Positions 12,196 to 23,836 of a stretch of 64,000 nt of DNA are shown here, piece after piece. A program made the position numbers and the translations under genes. The stretch lies in NCBI GenBank assembly GCA_963771465.1, contig CAVYTU010000014.1:480001-544000 (forward strand), read 5' to 3'. Below the pieces are notes generated by a model. The model worked only from the letters and a program-made list of their open reading frames with translations, was not told where the DNA came from and made no database searches. Each line of letters opens with the position of its first letter. Position 1 is the first letter of the stretch. The stretch is from an uncultured delta proteobacterium. GTDB lineage: Bacteria; Desulfobacterota; Binatia; UBA9968.

Positions 12196-14227
12196 ATGAA
12201 AGTTCGGGTTTAATTTTACTGCTCTTGTTGCTCTCTCCGGCAGTCTTACAGAATTCCCAAGACACGCTGCCGCCGGTCGTCGTCTGCATTCGACCCGACT
12301 GCGCGACGTCGAACAGCCGGCGCTGCAAGTTCCCGGCAAAGTCATCGTCGTCACCGCCGAGGAAATTGAAAAGCTCGGCGCCAAGACGGTGCAAGAAGTC
12401 CTGCAATATCAAACCGGCATCGTGCTCTTCGACGCTGTTGGTAACGAGTTTCAGCAGACTGTCGACATGCGCGGATTCAACGCCCAACCGGTGACGGCAA
12501 CCAGCGTCTTCGTCGATGGTGTCCGAGTCAATGAGCCCGATTTTAATACGATTAATTTTGATCTAATACCGATCGAAGACATCGAACGAATCGAGATCCT
12601 ACCGGGCACGGCAACGGTCTTTGGCCGCAACGCACTCGCCGGCGTAATCAATATTACGACCAAGCGCGGGCGCAAGGACAGGCCGCACCTTGGCTTTGGC
12701 ATCGGCGGCGGCAGCTACGGCAGGCAGAGATATTCGTTCAACACGGATGGTCCGCTGCCGATGATCCCCAACTTTGACTATTATTTCGGTGTCACCCGCG
12801 AAATGACCTACGGATTTCGTGAAGAGTTCAATTCGCGCCACGCCGGCGCCGGAATCACGCGCCTGCTGGCGAAACTTGGCTATCGACTTGGCGACTGTAC
12901 CGACGCGAGTATCGCTTACACCCGCGTCCTTGACAGCATCAGCCAAGCCGGTTCGTTGCCGGCTAGCCGGTTACGAGTGGATCGAAATGATAATCTGACA
13001 CCGGGCGATCAATCTCAGAGCAATCTGCACCAAGTCGCACTCAATCTAAAACAGAAACTTCCGGCGGGTTTCTCGGTTGCGCTAAACGGATTTTTTCGGC
13101 GCAACGATCTCGAGCTGTTCACTCGCGGCTTGAGCAGCTGAATCAACCCTAAAGACGGAGACGAGATCCGGCGGCACGACGGTACAGGCGAGCCACGAAG
13201 GAGTCATCCTGTCTAAGAAAAATCTCTTGACCCTCGGCTTCGAGTACGCCCGCAACAACTTCGAAACAGCCAACGCGGGAGTCTTTTTACCCGCCTTCAC
13301 ATTTCAAAACTTACGCTCGACCAAAGAGGATGTCGTCGGTGTCTTTCTCACCGATAGTTTTCATCTATTCGAATCGTTGGTCGTCAACGCGGGCCTGCGT
13401 TACGATTGGGACCAATTAACTTCACCGACAAGATTGATCCGCCCCTCAGCGGCACAAAGACCTACAACCGCGTGAGCCCAAAGGCCGGACTCGTGTATAC
13501 GCCTGTTAAAAATTTGAGCTTCTCGTTTAGTTATTCGGAGGGGGTCCGAATTCCAACGGTCGACGAACTATTCGCGCAGGGACCGTTTGGCTCCAATCCG
13601 GACTTAAAACCCATGACAAGCCGCAATTTCGAGCTTGGCGCCAAAGCGCAGTTGCAAGATTGGCTCGATGCGTCGCTGGCGCTCTTTTACACGCCTGTGC
13701 GTGACGAGATTCTCTTTATCGTCACCGACCCGGATTTGTTTTCTGGACGCAACGAGAATATCGCCCGCACCCTGCGCCGCGGCATTGAACTCTCGCTAAA
13801 AGCCCGCTATCAAAAGTGGCTCGATGCTTTTATCAATTACACCGCCATGAAGGCTACGTTTGAAACCGATGTCTTGCTTTTTTCCGGCCAGGTGAAAAAA
13901 GGGGACGAGCTGCCGCTCGTGCCGCGCCATCGTGTCGGCGTAGGCATCAACACCTACCCCCTCGAAGGCCTAACCGTTTCGCTATTCGGTAATTACGTCG
14001 GCTCGCAATTTATGCAGAGTGACGAGCCCAATCAAGCCAAGAAGGTAAATGACTATTTTGTGCTCAACAGCCGTATCGCCTATCAGTGGAGACAATGGAC
14101 GAGTTACGTCAATTTCAACAATCTGACCAACCGAAAGTATTCGACCTCTGGCATATTGTTCGGCGAACCGTTTCGTGTTCCCGCACCGACGTTTAACGTC
14201 TTCGCCGGTTTGTCATTCCGGTACTAA
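12196..14227 (+). CDS. btuB: TonB-dependent receptor, BtuB-like (frameshifted into several ORFs)
   Basis: Plug motifs VFVDGVRVN and IERIEILPG...GVINITTK; barrel with NNLTNRKY and C-terminal LSFRY. Lies behind a B12 riboswitch. Confidence 0.85.
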
Positions 14228-15198
14228 TGAGAGTGTTGTTGCAACTTGCGCGGGATTATCGCGAGGGAACACAGCGCCCGCCGGCTATTCGCCCTTCAAG
14301 CCGTTGTAGCGCTATTGACGCCACGCCGGTTGCTCTAGCCGGCAAACGAATCATCGTTGACGATCTGGGTTTCAAAGTTGAAGTTAACGACCATATCCAG
14401 CGCGTCGTCTCTTTGGTGCCGACGAATTCGGAGATGGTTTGCTTGTTGGATTGCGAGCGACTAAAAGGCGGAACACGGTACGATGAATTTCCCGCAGAGC
14501 TAAAGATGCGCGTGCAGTCCAAACAAATCGAAATCATCGGCGGCGGCTTCGATGCTAATCTGGAAAAGATCGTCCAACTACAACCGGATCTTGTCCTCAC
14601 CAACGGACCGACCCAGCAGCGATTCGCCGTGCCGTTAAAAAACATGGGCTATTCGGTCGTGAGTTTGTGGCCGCGTGACATGGACGGACTCGTAAAAGAC
14701 TTTTTGCTCTTAGGCGAGCTACTTGGACAGGCGCAAAAAGCGCAGAGCGTAGTCCACGATATCCGCGCGCGCTTCCAGGCGATCCAACCAAGGAGAAGAA
14801 TCAGCCGAAGAAGCGCGCCTATTTGCAAATGTGGACTGACCCATTGATTACCGTCGGCAAGGCTTCTTTCACTGACTGGCTGGTTAGCGCTGCCGGCGGC
14901 GTCAATGTTTTTGGCGACATGCCTTTCGACTCGCGGGCAGATTGGCGTGGAATCGATCATCCAGAGAGATCCCGAAGTGCTGATTTTTCTCGCTGAGCAA
15001 GCGCCGTTCGTAAAGACTCTCGCTCGAAGCGTCCCGGCTGGTCGTCGATCCGCGGCGTGCGCGACCGGCCACTTTTGTTTCATCGAAGAACCCGACATCC
15101 GCCGCAGCATCATGTTTATCGATGGACTGGCAAAACTTCACAGTTGCCTGTTTCGCCGAGAAGCAAGCACTCAACGACATTCAACGGAGCCCAATTGA
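14227..15198 (+). CDS. btuF: Cobalamin ABC transporter periplasmic binding protein (frameshifted)
   Basis: DDLG...QRVVSLVPTNSEMV, NLEKIVQLQPDLVL and ESIIQRDPEVLI helical-backbone motifs. Confidence 0.8.
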
Positions 15199-16176
15199 AT
15201 CGACACGTTCTTGCGCTGCTTGATCATCGGCTTATCGCTTGTTGGTGTCATCTTGATTGGCGTTGAGCATTGGGCCGGTTCGCGATTTCGCTTTTCGACA
15301 TGTCCGCGACCGACAAAGAGATATTGTTTGACCTGCGCTTGCCGCGCGTCCTTTCGGCATTTTTCGTTGGCGGCGGTTTGGCGCTCGCCGGGGCGATCTT
15401 TCAAGGGCTATTCCGCAATCCCATTGCCGACAGTTATTTGCTCGGCGTCTCCTCGGGAGCGTCGTTGGGCGCGGCGGCGGCGATCGTTCTTAAACTCACC
15501 TCGCCGCTAGCCAATTTCGCCGCGGTGAGCTGCTTCGCGTTTGTCGGATCGCTTGGCGCCCTCGCTCTGGTATTCTATTTCGGCCGGCGCAATGGCGGAT
15601 TCTCAATCTTCCGCCTGCTGCTTTCGGGCTTGGGCGTCGGCCTGTTTCTTTCATCGCTGGTGGCCATCTTCATGCTCATGGCCGGCGAAGAACTCAAGGC
15701 GCTGATTTTTTTCTTTCTCGGCGGCTTTTCCAGTTCGAGTTGGGACACCACCTGGGTATCCATCGCGTGCATTCCCCTCGCCGTTCTGGTCGCCTGTTAT
15801 TTCGCTCCGGAACTTAACGTGCTTCTACTCGGTGAAGAAACCGCGGAGAGCAGCGGCATTCGTACCAGGCGCATTCAATTGCTCTACGCAATTCTCGCCG
15901 CGTTGCTGACGTCGATCTCAGTCTCCGTGGCAGGCTTGATCGGTTTCGTCGGTTTGATCGTGCCGCATATGATCCGTTTAATCTTCTGGCGCCGACCACC
16001 GAACTCTTTTTCCGCTGACGTTTTTTAGCGGCGGGATTTTTCTAATTCTATGCGATGCCGCGGCGCGCACGATCATCGCGCCAGCCGAACTGCCCGTCGG
16101 CATCGTGACATCTTTGGTCGGCGTACCGATCTTTCTCTACCTGATCCGCAGCGAAACGGGTGACTACGGCCTTTAG
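15195..16176 (+). CDS. btuC: FecCD/BtuC family ABC permease (frameshifted)
   Basis: LRLPRV, QGLFRNPIAD, GVSSGASLG, IGFVGLIVPH, then ELPVGIVTSLVG in a shifted frame. Confidence 0.88.
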
Positions 16177-16177
16177 C

Positions 16178-16989
16178 ATGCAATCGCCAATCGCCATCGA
16201 AAGCCACGGCGTTTCATTCAGTTACGAGAACAAATCGGTTCTGACCGATATCACGTTCGCCATCGGCGCAGGCGAACGGGTCGCACTGCTCGGTCCCAAT
16301 GGCTCAGGCAAAACCACGCTGCTGAAAATCCTCCTCGGCTTGCTGCGCGCCGAGGACCGGTTCAGTATACTCTCGGCGCCAAACCTCTATCGTCTTACGG
16401 ACCGAAACAACGCGCGCAACAAATCGCCTATGTGTCGCAGCAACCGCAGTTAAGTTTCCCGCTCACGGCGTTTGAATTGGTCTCTCTAGGGCGATATCCG
16501 CATAGCCCGCGCGGCGGATTATCGAGTGCGGACACGCTGGCGGTGAAAACAGCCCTGAGTCGCACCGACGCCGAGAATTTAAGCCAACGCAATTTCAATA
16601 GTCTAAGCGGCGGTGAGAAGCAGAAGGTATTGATTGCTCGCGCGTTAGCGCAAAGCGCGCGGATTCTCTTGCTCGACGAACCGACTCTACACCTGGACCT
16701 TTACTATCAACTACAAATTCTCTCGGGGTTAAAACGACTCTGCGTTGAAGAAGGAATCACGGTCGTCACCGTTCTCCATGATGTCAATCTGGTTTCGCTG
16801 TTCGCCGACAAAGCGCTGCTGCTGAGCGACGGTGTCGTGCGTGGCTTCGGTCCGGTGGCGCAGGTCGTCAATGAAGCGAGTATCAGAAATCTTCTGGGTG
16901 TCGATATGACCGAGATCACTGGAAATGATTCGCAAACGCGCTACTTCGTGCCGCGCGAGCTTTTCGATGCAAAACCAAGTCGTAGCTGA
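16178..16989 (+). CDS. btuD: ABC ATP-binding protein, BtuD/FepC type (frameshifted)
   Basis: GPNGSGKTT, LSGGEKQKV, LLLDEPT and VLHD motifs over two ORFs. Confidence 0.88.
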
Positions 16990-17043
16990 CCGTCTTTTCA
17001 GTCCGCGCCGCCGCGATGTGAAATCCCACCCGTGGGCAAAAGC

Positions 17044-18565
17044 ATGAGCGCCAAGACGTTAATGGTTCAGGGTACCGGTTCATCGGTCGGAAAAAGTATT
17101 CTGGTCACGGCGTTGTGCCGGATCTTCAAACAGCAGGGGCTAAGAGTCGCGCCGTTCAAAGCGCAAAACATGTCGCTCAACTCCTTCGTCACGGCAGGTG
17201 GTGGCGAAATCGGCCGGGCGCAAGTTGTCCAAGCCGAGGCAGCGGGGATCGCACCGACGGTCGAGATGAACCCGGTATTGCTTAAACCGGAAAGTGATAA
17301 TCATGCACAGATTATCGTCCGACGGGACACCTAGGACACGAATATCAGCGGCGCACTTTCCCCAGCTCAAGGCCGAACTGTGGAGCGCGATTACGGAATC
17401 CCTCGACCAACTGCGCCAAGTCTACGATATCGTCGTCATCGAAGGCGCCGGCAGTCCTGCCGAGATCAATCTCAAGGATCGCGATCTGGTGAACATGAAA
17501 GTCGCGCTTTACTGTAACTCTCCCGTGTTGCTGGCGGCCGACATCGACCGTGGCGGTATCTTTGCGGCGCTGGTGGGAACCATGGAACTGCTCGAAGCGA
17601 AGGAGAAAGAGCGGGTCAAAGCGTTCATCGTCAACAAATTTCGCGGCGATGTCGCATTACTCAAACCGGGATTGGAATGGCTTGAAGCGCGAACCCGAGT
17701 ACCGGTCGCCGGCGTGGTACCGTATTACCACGATATTTATATCGCCGAGGAAGACTCCATGGCGTTAGAAAAGCGCCAAGCGATGAAAAATCGCCATGAC
17801 TTCGACCTCGATATCGCCGTCATCGCTCTGCCCCATATCGCCAATTTTGACGAGTTCGATCCCGTAGAACGTGAACCCCGCGTTCGGCTGCGTTATGTCG
17901 AAGCCGGCGACGATCTCGGCGCACCGGATTTGATCATTCTCCCTGGCAGCAAAGCAACCGTGGCCGATCTCAACTATCTTCGCAGGTGCAGCCGAGAACA
18001 AGAAATTATCGCTGCGGTTTCAACCGGCATACCCATCATCGGCATTTGCGGCGGCTACCAGATGCTCGGCACTGCCATCCGCGATCCGCAGCACATCGAA
18101 TCAACCAACGAGTTAACTGCCGGCATGGGACTCTTGCCGTTGACCACACACTTTGGAGCGGTGAAATCCACCCATCAAGTCAAAGCCCGCGCATCGGCTG
18201 GGTTTGGTCTGCTTGCCAAAGCGAAGGATGTGACCCTTTCCGGCTATGAAATTCACATGGGACACACAGACGGAAACATCGCGACCCGACCGTTCCTGAT
18301 CGAGCAGCGCTCCCAGGAATTGTGTTCTGACGGCGATGGCTCGCTGAGTGCCGATGGCAACGTCGTTGGCACTTACATCCACGGTCTGTTTCACAACGAC
18401 GCTTTGCGCCGGGCGATATTGCATGAACTCGCCGAACGAAAAGGCAAGACGCTCGCGGCAAGCCCGGCTAAATTTTCCGCCGACGAGCAATACGACCGAC
18501 TCGCCGCTCACGTGCGCGATAATCTAAATATGGAGCTGATCCAGCGCATCCTCGATCAGCGTTGA
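17044..18565 (+). CDS. cobQ: Cobyric acid synthase (frameshift near 17320)
   Basis: [58 protein letters not shown]. Confidence 0.93.
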
Positions 18566-18567
18566 GC

Positions 18568-19719
18568 TCAGCGATTCGCTTTTCGATACCCCAGCGCATC
18601 CTGAGCGATGATCATCTTTTGCACGTTCGAGGAGCCTTCGACGATCTGGTAGGACTTGGCGTCGCGGTAGTAACGTTCGACCGGGAACTCTGTCGAATAA
18701 CCGTACGCGCCGAGGATTTTCATCGCCGCGTCAGCCGCGAAGTTGGCCGCTTCCGCGGCGCAATACTTACCGATAGACGTTTCTAAGTTGTTGAGCTTCT
18801 TTTGATCCGCGAGCCACGCCGCGCGGTAGACCAGCAAGCGCGCCGCTTCTTCATGGGCGATCATCTGCGCGATCAGGTCTTGGTTCATCTGAAACTCGCC
18901 GATCTTCTGGCCAAATTGGGCGCGCTGATTGCAATAACTCACTGCCGCTTCTTTCGCCGCCCGCGCCACACCCAGCGCGCCGGCGGCGCAGTTGAGCCGC
19001 GTCTGATTGAGTTGCCACATGCAGATCTTGAATCCGTCGCCTTCTTCGCCGAGACGATTGGCGACTGGAATTGGGAAATTGTCGAAAGTTAGTTCGCCGA
19101 GCGGCGAACAATGCGCGCCCATGGTTTCGAGCGTCCGGCGCGTCAATCCTGGTTGGCTCCAGTCAGCGAAGAATGCGCTCATGCCGCGATGTCTTTGCGT
19201 GCGGTCGGTATAAGCATAAACCAACCCGCCATTGGTTACCGGACCGTTGGATATCCACAGCTTGCCGCCGTTGAGCAAGTACTGCTCGCCGCTTTTCGTC
19301 GCTGTCGTCCGCATCGCCGCCACATCCGAGCCGGCGTCCGATTCCGTAATCGCGAAGCAGCCGATAGTCTCTCCCGAAACTAACCCTGGAATGAATTTCT
19401 TTTTCTGTTCCTCGCTGCCAAATTGCAGCACGGTCACCGCCGGACCGATCTGCATATTGATCGCCACCCGCATGGCGCTGTGCACCCGCGCGATCTCCTC
19501 GGTGATCAGCACCATGGCGAGAAAGCCGAGACCGTTGCCTCCGTAAGCTTCAGGAATCATCGTGCCGTAGAAACCGAGATCGCCCATCTTGCGAACGAGA
19601 TCGCCGCGAAAGTTCTGTTCCTTATCGTCCTTGGCCGCCGTCGGTGCGATTTCTTTCTCAGCGAATTCGCGAGCCAAGTCGCGCACGGCAATTAATTCAT
19701 CAGACAGTTCGAAATCCAT
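18568..19719 (-). CDS. Acyl-CoA dehydrogenase, resembling non-decarboxylating glutaryl-CoA dehydrogenase (Acd)
   Basis: ACAD motifs (ITESDAGSD, QFG, GAYGYSTEFPV); FQMNQD and C-terminal LGYRKANR recall Desulfococcus Acd (from memory). Confidence 0.85.
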   Translation of the reverse strand: MDFELSDELIAVRDLAREFAEKEIAPTAAKDDKEQNFRGDLVRKMGDLGFYGTMIPEAYGGNGLGFLAMVLITEEIARVHSAMRVAINMQIGPAVTVLQFGSEEQKKKFIPGLVSGETIGCFAITESDAGSDVAAMRTTATKSGEQYLLNGGKLWISNGPVTNGGLVYAYTDRTQRHRGMSAFFADWSQPGLTRRTLETMGAHCSPLGELTFDNFPIPVANRLGEEGDGFKICMWQLNQTRLNCAAGALGVARAAKEAAVSYCNQRAQFGQKIGEFQMNQDLIAQMIAHEEAARLLVYRAAWLADQKKLNNLETSIGKYCAAEAANFAADAAMKILGAYGYSTEFPVERYYRDAKSYQIVEGSSNVQKMIIAQDALGYRKANR

Positions 19720-19730
19720 CGGTCCTCCTT

Positions 19731-19820
19731 GTCTGTTGCCTATCACCTGTTGCCTAGAACCGGTTTCTTCCCTCTTTTTTGCCGACACCTGACCTCTGAC
19801 TTCCGACCTCTGTCAGAGGA
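19731..19820. repeat. Imperfect 7-bp periodic repeats
   Basis: CTGTTGC-CTATCAC-CTGTTGC-CTA and CTGACCT-CTGACTT-CCGACCT-CTGTCAG between two ACAD genes. Confidence 0.65.
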
Positions 19821-19843
19821 CTGAGCAAACATTCCGGCCGAAC

Positions 19844-20983
19844 CTATTTCAGCAAACCCCGCGCGATGATGAGCTTCTGAATCTCCGACGTGCCCTCGTA
19901 AATGCGCAACGCGCGCACGTCACGATAGAGCCGCTCCATGATGCTGCCGGCGACGAGACCGCTGCCGCCGTGAATCTGCAGCGCTTGATCGACAATGCGC
20001 TGCGCCGCTTCGGTGGCGTAAAACTTCGCCATCGACGATTTCTGTTTGGCATCCCCATTGCCACAGTCATGCGCCCACGCCGCTTGGTAAACCAACAGCC
20101 GCGCTGCTTCCAACTCAGTGGCCATCTCGGCGAGCTTGAATTCTATCCCCTGGAACTCCGCGATCGCCCGGCCAAATTGCTTGCGCGCCTTACTGTAGCG
20201 AATCGCTTCTTGCAAAGCCCGCTGGGCAAAACCGACGGCAGCCGCACCGACGCTGCAGCGTAAAAGATCGAGCGTCTCCAGAGCGATCTTCAAACCGTCG
20301 CCCTCAACCCCCAATAGCGCGGCTTCAGGTAATATGCAGTCAATGAATTCGAGCACGCCGATCGGATGGGGCGAAAGCAGCTTGGTTTTTTCCTTTACGG
20401 CGAAGCCTGGCGTGTTTGCGTCAACGATGAACGCGCTCACGCCCTTAGCTTTTTTCTCCGGCGCCGTCGACGCGAAAACAACGTAAAAATCCGCGATTCC
20501 CGCATTGGAGATGAATCGCTTGGTACCGTTCAAAACGAATTGTTCACCATGGCGCGCTGCCGTCGTTTGTAACGAAGCGACGTCGGAACCAGCCTCCGGC
20601 TCGGTAATCGCGAAGGCCGCAATCGCTGCGCCGTTGGCAACTCGCGGCAGATAGTTTTGTTTTTGTGCTGCGCTGCCCGCCAGCGTGATCGGATAACTGC
20701 CCAGCGCTTGCAGCGCGAACATAGTATCGGCGAGAGCGTCCCCGCGCGCCAGCTCCTCGCGGAGAATGCACAGATCGCGCGCCTCGACTTGCTCGCGAAC
20801 ACCGCCGAACTGCCGGGGTACGGCGCGCTTCAAGAATTCTGCCGCGCCGAGCTGCTTAAGTAATTCGCGCGCGCGCTGCTCAATATCACCTTCGCTGTCA
20901 TGACCAGCGAATAAGTTGTTTTCCGCCCACAGCCTGACTTGTTCTTGGAGCGCTGAATGATCTTGGGTGAAGAAAGGCAACAT
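19844..20983 (-). CDS. Acyl-CoA dehydrogenase family protein
   Basis: FAITEPEAGSD, ISNAGIAD, RKQFG, QIHGG, RIYEGTSEIQ. Confidence 0.93.
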   Translation of the reverse strand: MLPFFTQDHSALQEQVRLWAENNLFAGHDSEGDIEQRARELLKQLGAAEFLKRAVPRQFGGVREQVEARDLCILREELARGDALADTMFALQALGSYPITLAGSAAQKQNYLPRVANGAAIAAFAITEPEAGSDVASLQTTAARHGEQFVLNGTKRFISNAGIADFYVVFASTAPEKKAKGVSAFIVDANTPGFAVKEKTKLLSPHPIGVLEFIDCILPEAALLGVEGDGLKIALETLDLLRCSVGAAAVGFAQRALQEAIRYSKARKQFGRAIAEFQGIEFKLAEMATELEAARLLVYQAAWAHDCGNGDAKQKSSMAKFYATEAAQRIVDQALQIHGGSGLVAGSIMERLYRDVRALRIYEGTSEIQKLIIARGLLK

Positions 20984-20995
20984 GATTGTAGAAAA

Positions 20996-21790
20996 CTAAG
21001 ACTGATTAAACTTCGGCGGCCGCTTCCCGATAAACGCCCGGTAGCCTTCTTTAAAGTTCGGCGCTTGCATCAAGCGCGCTTGCTCACTCGCTTCCAGCTC
21101 CAGCGCTTGGACTAAATCCATATCAGCTTCACGCACTAGCAATTTCTTAGTCACCGCCAATGCATTCACTGGCCCATCTCTCAGCCGCCGCGCCAAGCCG
21201 TAAGTTTCGTCCGATAACTTTTCGTGTCCCACGACGCGGTTCGCCAGGCCGATGCGAAAACATTCTTGGGCGTCGATGGTATCGCCGGTAAAAAGCAATT
21301 CAGCCGCGCGTCCCTGACCGACGATCCGCGGCAGCAGGTAGCAGGCGCCCATGTCGGCGCCGGACAAACCGACCTTGGTGAAGAGAAAAGCGAACTTGGC
21401 GCGATCCGAAAGAAGACGAATATCGCTGGCCAGCGCCAATATCGTGCCCGCGCCGGCAGCGATGCCGTTCACCGCGGCGATGATCGGTTTTTTGAGACTG
21501 CGCATATTTTTTACCACATCGCAGGTGAGGCGGGTGAAACGAAGTTGCTCCTCGGCGTTCATCTCGATCAGCTTGCCGATGATGTCATGCACGCTGCCGC
21601 CGGAGCAAAATCCTTTGCCCGCGCCGGTGAGCACGACAACCCGAACGGCCGCATCATCGGCCAGCGCCGCAAACACCCGCTCTAACTCCGCATAGGTCTC
21701 GAACGTCAGCGCATTGAGCCGCTCGGGATCGTTCAAGCGAATCGTCGCGATGTTATCAGCGACTTCATAGATGAATGAATTGTAAACCAT
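20996..21790 (-). CDS. Enoyl-CoA hydratase/isomerase family protein
   Basis: ERLNAL, FCSGG, KPIIAAVNGIAAGAG crotonase motifs. Confidence 0.92.
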   Translation of the reverse strand: MVYNSFIYEVADNIATIRLNDPERLNALTFETYAELERVFAALADDAAVRVVVLTGAGKGFCSGGSVHDIIGKLIEMNAEEQLRFTRLTCDVVKNMRSLKKPIIAAVNGIAAGAGTILALASDIRLLSDRAKFAFLFTKVGLSGADMGACYLLPRIVGQGRAAELLFTGDTIDAQECFRIGLANRVVGHEKLSDETYGLARRLRDGPVNALAVTKKLLVREADMDLVQALELEASEQARLMQAPNFKEGYRAFIGKRPPKFNQS

Positions 21791-21866
21791 CTTTAACTTC
21801 CCACGCTTGCCACGAACGCAAGGTGTCCGCAGCCTGCGAGATTTAATTTTGCCTTTTTAATTATCT

Positions 21867-22646
21867 TCACGCCATCACGGCGCCGCCATCGACGTTGATC
21901 GCCTGTCCGGTCATGCCGCTGAGTTTTTCCGATGCCATCAAAAGCGCCAATGAAGCGACTTCTTGCGGCTCGATCAGACGGTTCTGCGGCGCACTGGCGG
22001 CGAAGAGTTTAAGAATATCGTCAACGCTTTTGCCGGTGCTCTCTGCCATGACACGCGCGTTTTCGCGGGTCCGTTCGTCGTCGATGTAGCCGGGACAAAT
22101 CATATTGACGGTAACACCGAGGCGCGCGGTTTCGAGTGCTAGCGAACGCGTGAGTCCCAACAAGCCATGTTTTGACGCAGTGTAAGCCGTCACATGACGA
22201 TAACCTACCTTCGCCGTCGTCGAACCGATGCTGATGATGCGTCCCCATTTAGCTTGAACCATCGCCGGCAAAAATATTTTGCAGCAATTATAACTGCCGG
22301 TGAGGTTAGTCGCCAACGTGTCGTCCCACAAACCGTCGGGCATGTTGGCAAAACTCAGCGCGCGCGCGATGCCCGCGTTGTTGATGAGAATCTGCACGGC
22401 ACCCCAATGCCGCGCGATCTCGTCGGCTAAGCCTTTCACTTCCTCGCGCTGGGTAACGTCACAAGCGATTGCGCGGACTTGCGCGCCATTGCGGGCCAGT
22501 TCGTCAGCCGCCTTTTGCAAACTCTCACGGTTGCGCGCGCTGATCGCAACGCGGCAACTTTGTGCGGCAAATACCGCCGCTAGGGCGCGCCCGAGGCCGC
22601 CGCTACCGCCGGTGATCAAAACAATTTTTCCCAACCCGCTTGCCAT
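21867..22646 (-). CDS. SDR family oxidoreductase (3-hydroxyacyl/3-oxoacyl type)
   Basis: TGGSGGLG, NNAG, YTASK, CPG; start placed at ATG 22646. Confidence 0.92.
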   Translation of the reverse strand: MASGLGKIVLITGGSGGLGRALAAVFAAQSCRVAISARNRESLQKAADELARNGAQVRAIACDVTQREEVKGLADEIARHWGAVQILINNAGIARALSFANMPDGLWDDTLATNLTGSYNCCKIFLPAMVQAKWGRIISIGSTTAKVGYRHVTAYTASKHGLLGLTRSLALETARLGVTVNMICPGYIDDERTRENARVMAESTGKSVDDILKLFAASAPQNRLIEPQEVASLALLMASEKLSGMTGQAINVDGGAVMA

Positions 22647-22762
22647 AACGTGACAATAACACATCCGCTGTATGGATTTGCAATTACACGGGCGCCAGAC
22701 CGCTTGCTCTCGCTGTCGCTTTTCGATAGAGGGATGGCAGCTTAAAGCTCGGAGGTTTAGTC

Positions 22763-23836
22763 GTGAAGATAGCCGCGAGTATAATTGCCCTCTCACTTGG
22801 TACAATGCCGACGGCGCTGTGCGCTGAAGATCAAACGGCAAAAATTTTCCAACCGATCTGGCGCGACGCGCCGCCCGCCGCTGCCGAAACCGAGTTGGAC
22901 CGACTCAACCGCGCCTTCGTGCAACTCGCCAACGGCTCGCGGCCAGCCATCGTCCAGATTCGCGTCACGGGTCAGGAAACTAAAGGTGGTCAAAACGAAG
23001 CGTTGAGCAGCCGTGGTTCGGGATATTTCATCGATCCCCAGGGCTACATACTGACGGCCCAACATGTGATCGACAAAGCCAAGGATATCGAAGTTCGCCT
23101 CGCCGATGGACAGCGTTTGCCGGCGCGAGTGATCGCCGCCGACGGCCAGATCGACGTCGCGCTGTTGAAAATCAAAACCGAGAAAGAATTAACGGTGCTG
23201 TCCTTCGCCGATTCGGACGCGATCCGTGTTGGCGATCTCGCCCTGGTCTTTGGTTATCCGTTCGGCCGCGAAAGCTCGATGAACCTAGGCATCATCAGCC
23301 GCGCCGGCAGAACTTATCCGGATTCGGCGAGCTTTGATTTTATCCAGACCGATGCCGGCGCTTATGCCGGCGGCAGCGGCGGCCCGCTGCTCAATAGCCA
23401 AGGCCACGTCGTCGGCATGATCACCATGGCGTCGGAGCGCGGCAACATGGGCTTCGCCACGCCGATCAATTTAATTAAGAAAATCTTGCCACGCCTAATC
23501 AGCGGTGAAAAATTTGCCTGGGGTTGGTTAGGCGTACAGATGTCGGACATTTCCCTGGAGCAAGCGAAGACTCTCGGATTGCACTCCGTAAATGGTGTCG
23601 TCGTCAGCACGGTATTGCCGGGACAGCCGGCGGCCCGCAGCGGTCTGCAAAAGCAAGATGTGATTTTGTCGGTCAACGACAATTCCGTCGATAGCCCGCG
23701 CGACGTCGTGCGCATGGTTGGCGGGCTGGAGGCCGGCCGAGTCGTACAGCTCACGATCGTCCGCAAAGGCCAGACGATGCAGCTCTCGGTGCCGCTCGGC
23801 ATCAAACCGGACTCGGCAAAAGCGCGCGAAGGTTAG
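22763..23836 (+). CDS. HtrA/DegS-like trypsin protease with one PDZ domain
   Basis: Signal peptide; TAQHV, DVA, atypical DAGAYAGGSGGPL, and WLGV PDZ start. Confidence 0.9.
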   Translation: MKIAASIIALSLGTMPTALCAEDQTAKIFQPIWRDAPPAAAETELDRLNRAFVQLANGSRPAIVQIRVTGQETKGGQNEALSSRGSGYFIDPQGYILTAQHVIDKAKDIEVRLADGQRLPARVIAADGQIDVALLKIKTEKELTVLSFADSDAIRVGDLALVFGYPFGRESSMNLGIISRAGRTYPDSASFDFIQTDAGAYAGGSGGPLLNSQGHVVGMITMASERGNMGFATPINLIKKILPRLISGEKFAWGWLGVQMSDISLEQAKTLGLHSVNGVVVSTVLPGQPAARSGLQKQDVILSVNDNSVDSPRDVVRMVGGLEAGRVVQLTIVRKGQTMQLSVPLGIKPDSAKAREG

